Shown: piece by piece, positions 19,759 through 28,759 of the stretch
Numbering within the stretch: the stretch's first letter is position 1
How the letters are laid out: each line of letters begins with the position of its first letter
From: an uncultured Methanosarcinales archaeon
GTDB lineage: Archaea > Nanobdellota > Nanobdellia > Woesearchaeales > WJKL01
DNA length: 51,823 nt
Assembly (NCBI GenBank): GCA_964521755.1
Contig: CAZFSZ010000004.1
Span: 1 to 51,823 of the forward strand
Direction of reading: 5' to 3'
Program-made: the position numbers and the translations under genes
The notes under the pieces: model-generated
Database searches by the model: none
Told to the model about the DNA's origin: nothing
What the model saw: the letters and a program-made list of their open reading frames with translations, nothing else

Positions 19759-20387
19759 TTGTTTGAATCTTTTATTATCTTAGGGAGCTTTTTCAGGCTT
19801 GGAAGAAGAAAATCAGGATGGAATTTTTTAAGATATGACTTTTTATAGACTCCTGTAGGGACTATCACTGATATTATTCCAGCTTTGCGGGCTTCTTTTA
19901 CATCATTTATATGGTCCCCTACATAGACAGCTTCTGATTTTTTGAGATTTAATTTGTTTAGGGTTTTGATGATAGCGTCATGTTTTTTCTGGTCTTTTTT
20001 CATATCCTGGTCAGTTATAAGCCTGTCATATTTTATGTTGAGGTGTCTGCAGGCTGCTTTTACTGCTTTTTTATAGTTGTTGGTTAGGATTATTATTTTT
20101 CTGTCTTTGAGCTTTGGAATGATCTTTTTTCCGTAATATTTCATATTTGGTATCTTTGACTTGTATGCTTTTAGATAGGTCTGAATAATTTTCTTTTTTG
20201 GAATATTTGATTCTTTATGAAGTCTATCTATTGTCTCTGAGAATCTGGAGCCCACATATCTTTCAAATCCTTTTTTTGTCGGTTTTTGGTTTGTTAATTT
20301 GCATAAAGCTCTGTAGGATGCCTTTACTCCCGGCTTTGTATCTACCAAAGTCAGATCAAAATCAATAAATACTGCTTTAATTGTCAT
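19755..20387 (-). CDS. HAD-superfamily phosphatase
   Basis: FIDFDLTLVD, ILTNN, YVGDHIND. Confidence 0.9.
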   Translation of the reverse strand: MTIKAVFIDFDLTLVDTKPGVKASYRALCKLTNQKPTKKGFERYVGSRFSETIDRLHKESNIPKKKIIQTYLKAYKSKIPNMKYYGKKIIPKLKDRKIIILTNNYKKAVKAACRHLNIKYDRLITDQDMKKDQKKHDAIIKTLNKLNLKKSEAVYVGDHINDVKEARKAGIISVIVPTGVYKKSYLKKFHPDFLLPSLKKLPKIIKDSNK

Positions 20388-20793
20388 TTTTGTGTTTTTC
20401 AACCGCTTTTTTGAATATTTTTTTGTTGTATCTTAAATCTTTGTATACTTGTTCAAATTTACACCATTTAAAATCAGAATGCTCTCTGCTTAGATTTATA
20501 TCCTGTTTTTTCTTATTTGCTCTAACCAAATAGAATGTAAGAAATTTGTGAATAGTCTGATTATTTTCTTTAAACCAATAATCATTTTTGTAAGGAAGTT
20601 TTTTTACTATCTCTATATCTTTTAGTCCTGTCTCTTCTTCTATCTCTCTTTTTACTGCCTGTTCAGGAGATTCTCCTTTGTCTATCTTTCCCTGTGGAAA
20701 CTGCCATCCTGTCCAGGTTCCCTGTTTTTTCATGAGCAGAAACTCATCTTCATTAAAAATGATTCCTGCTACTGCTTTTTGGATTGTTGTCAT
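20377..20793 (-). CDS. NUDIX hydrolase (Ap4A hydrolase/RppH-like)
   Basis: WQFPQGKIDKGESPEQAVKREIEEETGL; IHKFLTFYL; LSREHSDFKW. Confidence 0.85.
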   Translation of the reverse strand: MTTIQKAVAGIIFNEDEFLLMKKQGTWTGWQFPQGKIDKGESPEQAVKREIEEETGLKDIEIVKKLPYKNDYWFKENNQTIHKFLTFYLVRANKKKQDINLSREHSDFKWCKFEQVYKDLRYNKKIFKKAVEKHKNDN

Positions 20794-20828
20794 ATTGAAT
20801 TAAATTAAAAAAATAAAAAGAAGAAAAT
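20794..20828 (-). terminator. Oligo-T tract after dnaK (putative archaeal terminator)
   Basis: Minus strand reads TTTTCTTCTTTTTATTTTTTT right after the dnaK stop. Confidence 0.45.
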
Positions 20829-22760
20829 TTATTTCTTCTTGTTTTTGTTGTCTTTCTTTTTGTCTTTTTCCTCATATTCTGCATCTACTACGTCTTCGTC
20901 TTCTTTGCTGTCTTTTTTGTCCTTGCTTTCTTTTTTAGCTTTTTGTTTTTGCTGCTTGGCCTGCTCTGCTGCTGCCTTCTGGTACATCTCTGTTGCCGCT
21001 TTCTGGGCTGTCTTTTCAACCTCATCAAGCTTTTTCTTTATCTTCTCTATATCCTTTTCTTTTGGTTTTAGCAGTTTTTTCAGCTCGTCAATGTGTTTTT
21101 TGATGTCATCCAATTTCTTGTCGTCAACTTTTCCCTTCATGTCTTTCATTGTTTTTTCTGTTGTGTTGACTAAAGTCTCTGCCTTGTTGATTGTCTCTAT
21201 CTCTTCTTTTTTCTTCTTGTCTTCCTCTGCATGTTTTTCAGCGTCCTCTTTCATCTTTTCAACTTCATCATCTTCAAGTCTCTGCGCTCCTGTAACAGTT
21301 ATCTTCTGCTCTTTTCCGGTTCCCTTGTCTTTTGCAGAAACATTTACGATTCCATTTGCATCGATGTCAAATGTAACTTCGATCTGAGGGACACCTCTGG
21401 GAGCAGGCGGAATTCCAACCAAGTCAAACTGTCCAAGAAGCTTGTTGTCTGAAGCCATGCTTCTTTCTCCCTGGTAAACCTTAATAGTTACTGCAGGCTG
21501 GTTGTCTGCTGCAGTAGAGAATATCTGTGATTTCTTTGTCGGGATTGTCGTGTTCCTGTCTATCAATTTTGTGAATACCCCGCCAAGTGTTTCTATTCCA
21601 AGGCTTAAAGGAGTTACATCAAGAAGAAGAACATCCTTTACATCTCCTGCCAAGACTCCTGCCTGGATAGCTGCTCCAAGTGCAACAGCTTCATCAGGGT
21701 TTACTGACTTGTTTGGCTCTTTTCCTGTGATATCTTTTACTAATTTCTGAACAGCAGGGATTCTTGTAGAGCCTCCGACAAGGATAACTTCATCGACTTC
21801 GCCTGAGGAAAGCTTTGAGTCCTTAAGAGCCTGTTCTGTCGGCTTTTTTAATTTTTCAATTATAGGCTCAAGCATCTTCTCAAACTCTGCCCTGGTCAGC
21901 TCATAATTAAGGTGTTTTGGGCCTGCATCTGTTGAAGTTACAAAAGGTATGTTGATGGTTGTTTTTTGGGCTGAGCTTAACTCTATCTTTGCCTTTTCTG
22001 CTGCTTCCTTTAATCTTTGCAGTGAAGTCTTGTCCTCTCTTAGGTCAACCCCTTGCTCCTTTTTGAACTTTTCAGCAAGCCAGTCGATTATCAGTTCATC
22101 AACATCATCTCCACCTAGATTGTTGTCTCCTGAGGTTGATTTTACTTCAAATACCCCTTCTGACAGTTCTAAGATAGATACATCAAAAGTTCCCCCTCCG
22201 AAATCAAAAACAAGAACGGTCTCGTCTTTTTCCTTGTCAAGGCCGTATGCAAGGGAAGCTGATGTAGGCTCGTTTATGATCCTCAGTACGTTTAGGCCTG
22301 CTATCTTTCCTGCATCTTTTGTTGCCTGTCTCTGCGCATCTTCAAAATAAGCAGGAACAGTTATAACTGCATTCTTTACAGGCTGTCCAAGATATGCCTC
22401 AGCATCTGACTTCATCTTCTGCAGTATCATAGCTGAAATTTCCTGGGGTGTATATTCTTTGTCTTCTATCTCTATTTTTTCATCGCTTCCCATCAGTCTC
22501 TTTATGCTTCTTACTGTGTTTTCAGGGTTGACTATAGACTGGTTACGGGCAACTTTTCCGACAAGCCTTTCACCATCTTTTATCGTGACCACAGACGGCG
22601 TTGTCCTGTCACCTTCTGCATTCTCTATTATCTTTGCTTTTCCGCCTTCCATAACAGCAAATGCTGAGAAAGTTGTTCCAAGGTCCACACCGATAGTGTT
22701 TCCCTGAACTTTTTTCTTATCATCTTCTTTTTTTGATTCTGTTTTTTTGTTGTCTGACAT
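20829..22760 (-). CDS. dnaK: Molecular chaperone DnaK (Hsp70)
   Basis: [48 protein letters not shown]; GGAGG SD. Confidence 0.98.
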   Translation of the reverse strand: MSDNKKTESKKEDDKKKVQGNTIGVDLGTTFSAFAVMEGGKAKIIENAEGDRTTPSVVTIKDGERLVGKVARNQSIVNPENTVRSIKRLMGSDEKIEIEDKEYTPQEISAMILQKMKSDAEAYLGQPVKNAVITVPAYFEDAQRQATKDAGKIAGLNVLRIINEPTSASLAYGLDKEKDETVLVFDFGGGTFDVSILELSEGVFEVKSTSGDNNLGGDDVDELIIDWLAEKFKKEQGVDLREDKTSLQRLKEAAEKAKIELSSAQKTTINIPFVTSTDAGPKHLNYELTRAEFEKMLEPIIEKLKKPTEQALKDSKLSSGEVDEVILVGGSTRIPAVQKLVKDITGKEPNKSVNPDEAVALGAAIQAGVLAGDVKDVLLLDVTPLSLGIETLGGVFTKLIDRNTTIPTKKSQIFSTAADNQPAVTIKVYQGERSMASDNKLLGQFDLVGIPPAPRGVPQIEVTFDIDANGIVNVSAKDKGTGKEQKITVTGAQRLEDDEVEKMKEDAEKHAEEDKKKKEEIETINKAETLVNTTEKTMKDMKGKVDDKKLDDIKKHIDELKKLLKPKEKDIEKIKKKLDEVEKTAQKAATEMYQKAAAEQAKQQKQKAKKESKDKKDSKEDEDVVDAEYEEKDKKKDNKNKKK

Positions 22761-22773
22761 TTTATCTTGCCTC

Positions 22774-23286
22774 CTAATTTTTGTTTTTTAATAGCGACCA
22801 TATAGATTTCGATACTGTGTCTTTCATCTCATATCCGAGCAGTCTAACTCCCTCTTGAACCCCTTCTTCAGTAGATTCAACCTCTATCATCGGACGGAAT
22901 TTTACAGGCTCTGAATAAAAATCCATATCAAACTGGATATTGCCCAACCTATAGGACTCTCTTGTCTTTTTATATGATTTAACCTCTTTCATGCCCAGTT
23001 TCAGGAGCATTTCTTTCACAGCATCGTGGTCAGCTATGTGAGTCTCTATCTCGTTTCTTTTTTTGAACCTGTCTGATTTTATCTTTTCCTTGAAAGTCAT
23101 CTCTACCTTGTCTCCTGCTTTTCTCAGCCTTATGTATCCTCCATTTTTCTTCAGTCTTGCATCAGGAAAATCAAATATCTTTGCTATCAAAGAACCTTTA
23201 AAGATTTTCTTTGCTCCTGCATCGATGAGCTTTTTCCTGACCTTTTCAGGATCTATATCCAGTATCTTTACCTCTGTCTCTTCCAT
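22774..23286 (-). CDS. CYTH-domain protein (class IV adenylate cyclase / triphosphate tunnel family)
   Basis: N-terminal ETEVK (ExExK), IRLR, TFK, KTRESY, IEVE. Confidence 0.85.
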   Translation of the reverse strand: MEETEVKILDIDPEKVRKKLIDAGAKKIFKGSLIAKIFDFPDARLKKNGGYIRLRKAGDKVEMTFKEKIKSDRFKKRNEIETHIADHDAVKEMLLKLGMKEVKSYKKTRESYRLGNIQFDMDFYSEPVKFRPMIEVESTEEGVQEGVRLLGYEMKDTVSKSIWSLLKNKN

Positions 23287-23289
23287 TTT

Positions 23290-23655
23290 TTATCCAAGAT
23301 AGCTTGGAGCTTCTGTTTTTTCTTCTGTTTTTTCTCTCTGCTTTTTTTGTTTTTTCATCTCTTTGTGGTGCTTTTCCACTGCATCCGGCTTTTTTATCTT
23401 GCCGAACTTTTCCTCATATTTTTTGATAACATTATCCAATACCCTGTGGATCTCTTTTGCGTGCCATGGATCAACCATCACCACGTTGTGCTTTAAGGTC
23501 AATGACGGGCTTTGGGATCTTGGATCTGTTCTTGGGGTGATGCATCTGAAATCCAAAGTGAACTGGGTTGGATTAAAGTTTGCGCTCATCTCATGGGCAA
23601 AGAATTCCAATCCGTCGTTTATCTTTAGGTTTATCTTGTTTTTTTCTTCTGACAT
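23290..23655 (-). CDS. DUF3467-like protein
   Basis: FFAHEMSANFNPTQFTLDF...MVDPWHAK...YEEKFGKI pattern. Confidence 0.65.
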   Translation of the reverse strand: MSEEKNKINLKINDGLEFFAHEMSANFNPTQFTLDFRCITPRTDPRSQSPSLTLKHNVVMVDPWHAKEIHRVLDNVIKKYEEKFGKIKKPDAVEKHHKEMKKQKKQREKTEEKTEAPSYLG

Positions 23656-23659
23656 TTTC

Positions 23660-24280
23660 TTACCTTACCTCCAATTGGTCTACTGTTTTTTTTAATTTTT
23701 TAAGTTCTTCTTCTTCTTTTATTATATTGCCGTGTCCTGGAATTATTATATCTGCTATTTTGATTATTTTTTTTGCGCTGTTGATATAATCCTGATTAGG
23801 TGCTTTTCCTGATTCCATGGTGTGAATATTTACAGCATCTCCTGCAACAACATATATTTTATTTTCTATCTCTGCTGCAACAGATATATGGCTTGGCTTG
23901 TGTCCTGGTGTTGAGATTAATTTTATCCCCGGGATGTTTATATTTTCAACAGATTTGTATTGAATATGGCCCTTGTTTGGAAGCCATTCTGATTTTCCAA
24001 CTATTCTTCTTGCATTTTTGAACAAATAGTTATTAGACAGGTGGTCTTGGTGTGAGTGGGTGTTGATTACATAATCAATATCTTCTGGTTTTAAGCCCTC
24101 TTTTTTTAGTGCTTTTAGGATTTCATCTTCATATCCTAAGTTGCCTGTATCCACTATTATTTTTTTTTCTTTGCTGTTTTCTGCTTTTAGAAGAGTAATG
24201 GTGCTGCATATTTCATCCAATATATTTCTTTTTTCTTTGTTATATCTATGCAGCCCTTGTTTTAAGATTTTTATCTTCAT
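23660..24280 (-). CDS. Metallo-beta-lactamase-fold hydrolase
   Basis: VDTG, THSHQDH, TPGH, AGDA, PGHG. Confidence 0.9.
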   Translation of the reverse strand: MKIKILKQGLHRYNKEKRNILDEICSTITLLKAENSKEKKIIVDTGNLGYEDEILKALKKEGLKPEDIDYVINTHSHQDHLSNNYLFKNARRIVGKSEWLPNKGHIQYKSVENINIPGIKLISTPGHKPSHISVAAEIENKIYVVAGDAVNIHTMESGKAPNQDYINSAKKIIKIADIIIPGHGNIIKEEEELKKLKKTVDQLEVR

Positions 24281-24726
24281 CCTATCACCTTTCCCAATAT
24301 ATAACAAGTTTCTCCTGGCCTGTAATGAGATTTTAGTTCTCCTTCTATTTCATAGCCATTTTTCTTGTAAAATTCTAAAGCATCTTTCTCATTCTCAGAA
24401 ACATGGATCTCTATCTTTCCTTTCTTGGATATCTTCTCAGCTTCTTTTAATAATACAGAGCCAACACCTTTTCCTTGATAATCTTTTGCAACAGCCAGAT
24501 GCTTGATTCTTGCTCTTGTGAAATCTGGGAGCTGTTCTTCATATACAATCCACAACCCCCCAGTTACTTTATCATCTTCAATAGCTACTAACAGTTCTCC
24601 TGAAGCAGTCTCTAGATAATTAAAAATCTCTTCTTCTGGCTTTTGGAATATGTTGTGTACTGGAAAAACTTCTTTATATACTTTGATTAGCTGTTTTATT
24701 TCTTCAGTGTCTGGCTTTTTTATCAT
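24277..24726 (-). CDS. GNAT N-acetyltransferase
   Basis: LAVAKDYQGKGVGSVLL; ALEFYKKNGY. Confidence 0.9.
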   Translation of the reverse strand: MIKKPDTEEIKQLIKVYKEVFPVHNIFQKPEEEIFNYLETASGELLVAIEDDKVTGGLWIVYEEQLPDFTRARIKHLAVAKDYQGKGVGSVLLKEAEKISKKGKIEIHVSENEKDALEFYKKNGYEIEGELKSHYRPGETCYILGKVIG

Positions 24727-25244
24727 TTAAGCACCTCATATGACAATATTTTCTTCAGCATCTTTTTGTCTGTAACCAATTCTTCTAATTTTCCTCCTGG
24801 AATGTTTTTTCCTCCGCTGTCTAAATATAATTTCCATTCCCTTATGGATACAGGATCTGTTGGATTGACAAAATAATTCAAGTCAAACCACACCATCAGG
24901 TCCTCTCCGTGTTCGCTGCAGGATGCTATCTTGCACTGCAAAGGTTTTACCTCATGGATAAGGCAGCCTTTCTTTTTGTTGTAAAAGATGCATGTGCCGT
25001 AAGGCTTTCCTTTTTTTATTGTTAAAGGCCTGTATAATGTGGTGTTAAATTTTTTTATCGGCTCTAATGATGTTTTTTTAAGGCCTTCTTCTGTTAGCTT
25101 CAGTTTCCTGGCGATAAAAGTGATATCTGATTTAGTTAAAACACCTGAACCAAAAGTGCAGCATTTTCCGCATCTTTTGCAGCTGTTTCCCAGCCTTATC
25201 GCTTCAGCTATTGTTGTCTTTTTTGTTATCTTTGGTCTTGTCAT
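24723..25244 (-). CDS. YkgJ-family cysteine cluster protein
   Basis: CKRCGKCC...CIFY...CLIHEVKPLQC. Confidence 0.85.
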   Translation of the reverse strand: MTRPKITKKTTIAEAIRLGNSCKRCGKCCTFGSGVLTKSDITFIARKLKLTEEGLKKTSLEPIKKFNTTLYRPLTIKKGKPYGTCIFYNKKKGCLIHEVKPLQCKIASCSEHGEDLMVWFDLNYFVNPTDPVSIREWKLYLDSGGKNIPGGKLEELVTDKKMLKKILSYEVLK

Positions 25245-25734
25245 TCTTTGAAATCTTTACTTTAGTTGGCCTTATTATCCTGTCTTTGAACTTATAGCCT
25301 GTCTGCATCTCCTCTATTATTGTGTTGTTTGGCTTGTCTGATTTTTCCTGCATAACTGCTTCATGAAGATATGGATCAAACATTTCATCCATGGCATCAA
25401 TCTTTTGAAGCCCTTTTGATGACAATATCTGGAATATCTGATTATATAATGCCTTGATATCCTCATTGTCTGAGTTTTTTAATGCAAGATCAAATGAGTC
25501 CAGTACTGGAAGCAGTTCTTTTACAATATCAAGAGAAGCATATTGTGTGAACTGTTCTTTTTCTTTTTCAACTCTTTTTTGATAATTTTCAAAATCAGCC
25601 TGAACCTTTTTTAACAGGTCAGTGGTCTGCTCAAGTTCTTCCTGTTTTTTTTCCAGCTGTTTAGATATTTTTTCTTTTTTATCTTTTTGTTTTTTCTTTT
25701 TATTGTTCTTTTTATCTGTTTTTTTCTTTGTCAT
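25204..25734 (-). CDS. grpE: Nucleotide exchange factor GrpE
   Basis: QADFENYQKR, LLPVLDSFD, FDPYLHEAV, QTGY...IRPTKV. Confidence 0.95.
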   Translation of the reverse strand: MTKKKTDKKNNKKKKQKDKKEKISKQLEKKQEELEQTTDLLKKVQADFENYQKRVEKEKEQFTQYASLDIVKELLPVLDSFDLALKNSDNEDIKALYNQIFQILSSKGLQKIDAMDEMFDPYLHEAVMQEKSDKPNNTIIEEMQTGYKFKDRIIRPTKVKISKNDKTKDNKKDNNS

Positions 25735-25775
25735 TGCTTAAACCCTCAGTATATAGATATAAAAAAATAAAAAAA

Positions 25776-26228
25776 TTATTTGATGATTACTTTCTTGGCT
25801 TTCTTTTTCTTTTTCTTTTCAGGCTTTTGTTTTGGAACTGTTACTTTTAACAATCCATCCTTGAAATCTGCTTTTGCCTGCTCTGCCTTTACTTTTGCAG
25901 GCAGTGAGAAAGCTCTCTGGAAGCATGTATAGCTTCTCTCTTTTCTGAAGAAAGATTTTCCTTTTTTCTCTTTTTCTGCTTTTTTCTCTGCCTTTACTGC
26001 AAGCATATTTTCTGTTACATTTAGATCAATGTCTTTTTTGTCAATTCCTGGAAGCTCTATCTTTGCAGTTACATCTTTTTTTGTTTCAGAGATGTCAACC
26101 AACGGTTCTCTGGCTAATTTCTGCTTTGCAAGTCTTGCTGGTTTTCTAAAGAAATCACGGAAGGTTTTTTCCATGTCTTTTTGCATATTTTTCATGTCTT
26201 CAAACGGATCCCATATATCCCATGACAT
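25776..26228 (-). CDS. Small heat shock protein (Hsp20/alpha-crystallin)
   Basis: PLVDISE, ELPGIDKKDI, ERSY..FQRAFSLP, AdfKDGLLKVTVPK; GAGGTG SD. Confidence 0.95.
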   Translation of the reverse strand: MSWDIWDPFEDMKNMQKDMEKTFRDFFRKPARLAKQKLAREPLVDISETKKDVTAKIELPGIDKKDIDLNVTENMLAVKAEKKAEKEKKGKSFFRKERSYTCFQRAFSLPAKVKAEQAKADFKDGLLKVTVPKQKPEKKKKKKAKKVIIK

Positions 26229-26249
26229 TTTTTAAACACCTCATATTTT

Positions 26250-26300
26250 GTTGACTTTAAGTCAACTATGTTGATTTTAAATAAACAACTTATATATAAA
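26250..26300 (-). promoter_or_regulatory. Heat-shock operon promoter: TATA plus two tandem palindromic operators
   Basis: GTTGACTT-T-AAGTCAAC at 26250-26266; 14/17 copy GTTGATTTTAAATAAAC at 26270-26286; minus-strand TTTATATA at 26300-26293. Confidence 0.7.
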
Positions 26301-26354
26301 GTTTGTGGTGGGGCTTGCAATAGATTTAAATATAAGCAAGAATTAATACAGAAT

Positions 26355-26759
26355 ATGACAGGGGGAAAGAGGATAACTTTTGTTAAGATCAGCAAACCAG
26401 ATAAAAAAGATATAAACAAAAATCTGCAGTGGTTTGGCAATTCTTTAGGATTATTTGGAGAAAGAGATAAAGACAGAAGCTGTTTCAGGATATTTATTGA
26501 ATTAGTAAAGGCTTCAAAATCAGATGATGACTTGAGTTCTGATGAGATCGCTGAAAGACTAGAGCTAAGCAGAGGAACTGTTATCCATCATGTGCACAAG
26601 CTTATGGATTCAGGGATTGTTATAAGAGAGAAGAACAAATATTCTATGAGGGTTGAGAATCTAACAACACTGATTGAAGAATTACACAAAGACATCTCCA
26701 AAACATGCAAAAGATTAAGAGATGCTGCACAGGATATTGACAATTGTTTGGGGCTTTAA
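26355..26759 (+). CDS. Winged-helix (ArsR-like) transcriptional regulator
   Basis: LSSDEIAERLELSRGTVIHHVHKLMDSGIV; ATG at 26355 preferred over the track start. Confidence 0.85.
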   Translation: MTGGKRITFVKISKPDKKDINKNLQWFGNSLGLFGERDKDRSCFRIFIELVKASKSDDDLSSDEIAERLELSRGTVIHHVHKLMDSGIVIREKNKYSMRVENLTTLIEELHKDISKTCKRLRDAAQDIDNCLGL

Positions 26760-27019
26760 ACTTTTTTCTCCCTAAAATATAATGTATAATTCTTATCATA
26801 ATTGCATGCAGAACTTACAGACAAACTCAACCCCTTATAATCTACTTTCTTCAAATACTCTCCAATCTCTATCATTTCATCTGGAAGTTCCTCTCTCTTA
26901 ATATGTATTCTTTTCAATTCTGTCTCACTATCTGTAAGGGTTTCATCTAAAGGCATAAAAAAATAAATATTGGTTTTTTTAAAAAGCTTATTATAGAAAT
27001 GCTTAAATAAGTTTATCAT
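26756..27019 (-). CDS. Small hypothetical protein
   Basis: 87-aa ORF filling the gap; true start probably internal. Confidence 0.4.
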   Translation of the reverse strand: MINLFKHFYNKLFKKTNIYFFMPLDETLTDSETELKRIHIKREELPDEMIEIGEYLKKVDYKGLSLSVSSACNYDKNYTLYFREKKV

Positions 27020-27031
27020 TATTTTCTTATT

Positions 27032-27919
27032 ATGGCTGATAATGTAGGCGGACAGGCAGTTATTGAAGGAGTTATGATGAGGAAGAAAAGCAAAGTAGCC
27101 ACTGCAGTACGTTTGCTAGATGGAAATATCAAGATTAAGAAAGACAGGATAAGGAAAAGACATTCTTTATGGACATGGCCTTTTTTTAGAGGCGTAATAA
27201 ATCTATGGGATATGCTGTTTATCGGAACAAAGAGCTTGTTGTGGAGCGCTGACCAGCAGCTGGAGGAACATGAGAAGATAACAAAGAAGGATATTGTCTT
27301 TACTTTACTGCTGACATTTTCTATGGCTTTGGTGTTTTTTATTGCTCTGCCTTATTTTTTGACTTTATTTTCTGGTGTAAAAGAAGAGGTATCTCCTGTA
27401 TTGTTTAATTTGGTAGATGGAATAATAAGGGGGATATTTGTATTAGGATATATCTATATAATATCTAAGTTTAAAGATATAAAAAAAGTCTTCAGATATC
27501 ATGGAGCAGAGCACAAGACAGTTTACTGTTATGAATCTGGGAAGAAATTAACTGTAAAGAACGTCAAAAAGTTTAGTACAAAACATCCAAGATGCGGAAC
27601 TTCATTTATTATCCTTGTCCTGATAATAAGCATACTGGTATTTTCTTTTCTTCCTTTGCTTGCTAAATGGATCCATCCAGGGTTTTTAGGGCTGGGTTTC
27701 TGGAGTCAGAAACTGATATTGTTTCCTTTGAGACTGTTATTTATCCCTGTCATCGCAGGAATAAGCTATGAAGGGCTTAAGTTAAGCGGAAAATATCCTG
27801 ATAATATGGTTGTTAAGTGGATTGCCAAGCCAGGGCTGTTGCTTCAGAGGATAACGACAAAAGAACCTAATAAGAAGATTATTGAGGTTGCTATTAAGGC
27901 TTTGAAGAGTGTTTTATAG
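27032..27919 (+). CDS. DUF1385-family membrane protein (putative metal-dependent enzyme)
   Basis: GGQAVIEGVMM, FRYHGAEHK, HPRCGTSF, LQRITTKEP. Confidence 0.9.
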   Translation: MADNVGGQAVIEGVMMRKKSKVATAVRLLDGNIKIKKDRIRKRHSLWTWPFFRGVINLWDMLFIGTKSLLWSADQQLEEHEKITKKDIVFTLLLTFSMALVFFIALPYFLTLFSGVKEEVSPVLFNLVDGIIRGIFVLGYIYIISKFKDIKKVFRYHGAEHKTVYCYESGKKLTVKNVKKFSTKHPRCGTSFIILVLIISILVFSFLPLLAKWIHPGFLGLGFWSQKLILFPLRLLFIPVIAGISYEGLKLSGKYPDNMVVKWIAKPGLLLQRITTKEPNKKIIEVAIKALKSVL

Positions 27920-27943
27920 CATCAACTTTTTAAAATAGATTAG

Positions 27944-28162
27944 ACTATTGATAAAGTAGTTGGCCCTACTGATCCTACAGAAGCTAAAAAAACACATCCA
28001 GATTTTATAAGAGCTTGGAGTCCTGATGATTTTAAAATATCTAGATTAGAAAAAAGATTTGTGGAGAATATCATCCACATGTCAAAGACTCCAAAAGATG
28101 CTGAAAGAGAAGCTGAGATTTTCTTTGAAGAAAAGCTGTATGATATTAAAAGAATTTACTGA
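27944..28162 (+). pseudogene. ndk: 5'-truncated nucleoside diphosphate kinase remnant
   Basis: Hand translation TIDKVVGPTDPTEAKKTHPDFIRAW...ENIIHMSKTPKDAEREAEIFF; in-frame TAG at 27941-27943 and no upstream start. Confidence 0.7.
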
Positions 28163-28197
28163 TAAGTTTTTTAAACTATCTTAACTTATGATTCTAT

Positions 28198-28713
28198 ATG
28201 GTTAATTTTATAATAGAAGGAGAAGGGCAGATGGATTTTGCTACAGACATGGGGCTTGTGTTCAGGGCTCTTGACGGACTGCAGAACAGATATAACTGGC
28301 TTATAACTGATCTTCGATGGTGGTCTGCTGAACAAGGGAAGTTTAAAGAATGGGATGCAAACAGCAGAGAACCTATCTGGATAAGCGGAGAAGAATTGTC
28401 AAATATATTATCTAATTATAAATTAGGATTTGATTGGGGTGTTTTCTCGGCTTTTGAAAAAGATGTAAGGATTGATATAGATAACTTAGAGGTTGAGCCT
28501 TATGCTGACGGCAATCCAAACTTTTGGGTGGAAAATCCAAAGATACAGCATCCAAAAGCTGTTATAGAGATTGTATGCTGGGATAGTTCTTGCACATTAT
28601 TCTTGTCTAAAGATGAAGAAGCGAGCAAAAAATTCAAGGAGTTTTTCCCTGAAGCGAAAATTCTAGAAGAAGAGAATAAAAGGCATTCACTTCAATTCAA
28701 ATCAAAGTCATAG
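28198..28713 (+). CDS. Hypothetical protein, Trp-rich
   Basis: 171-aa ORF; YNWLITD, WISGEEL, WGVFSAF, EIVCWDSS. Confidence 0.7.
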   Translation: MVNFIIEGEGQMDFATDMGLVFRALDGLQNRYNWLITDLRWWSAEQGKFKEWDANSREPIWISGEELSNILSNYKLGFDWGVFSAFEKDVRIDIDNLEVEPYADGNPNFWVENPKIQHPKAVIEIVCWDSSCTLFLSKDEEASKKFKEFFPEAKILEEENKRHSLQFKSKS

Positions 28714-28759
28714 AAAGGTATTTATATATTATAATTTTAACTTCTGATGGTGATGTTAA

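Noticed and set aside
22774-23286. CYTH protein as proof of cAMP signalling
   Set aside because: Many CYTH proteins are triphosphatases; sequence alone cannot assign cyclase activity.
26268-26354. Extended N terminus of the wHTH regulator given by the ORF track
   Set aside because: It overlaps the hsp20 TATA box and operators; ATG 26355 lies about 24 nt after a TTTAAATA box and fits better.
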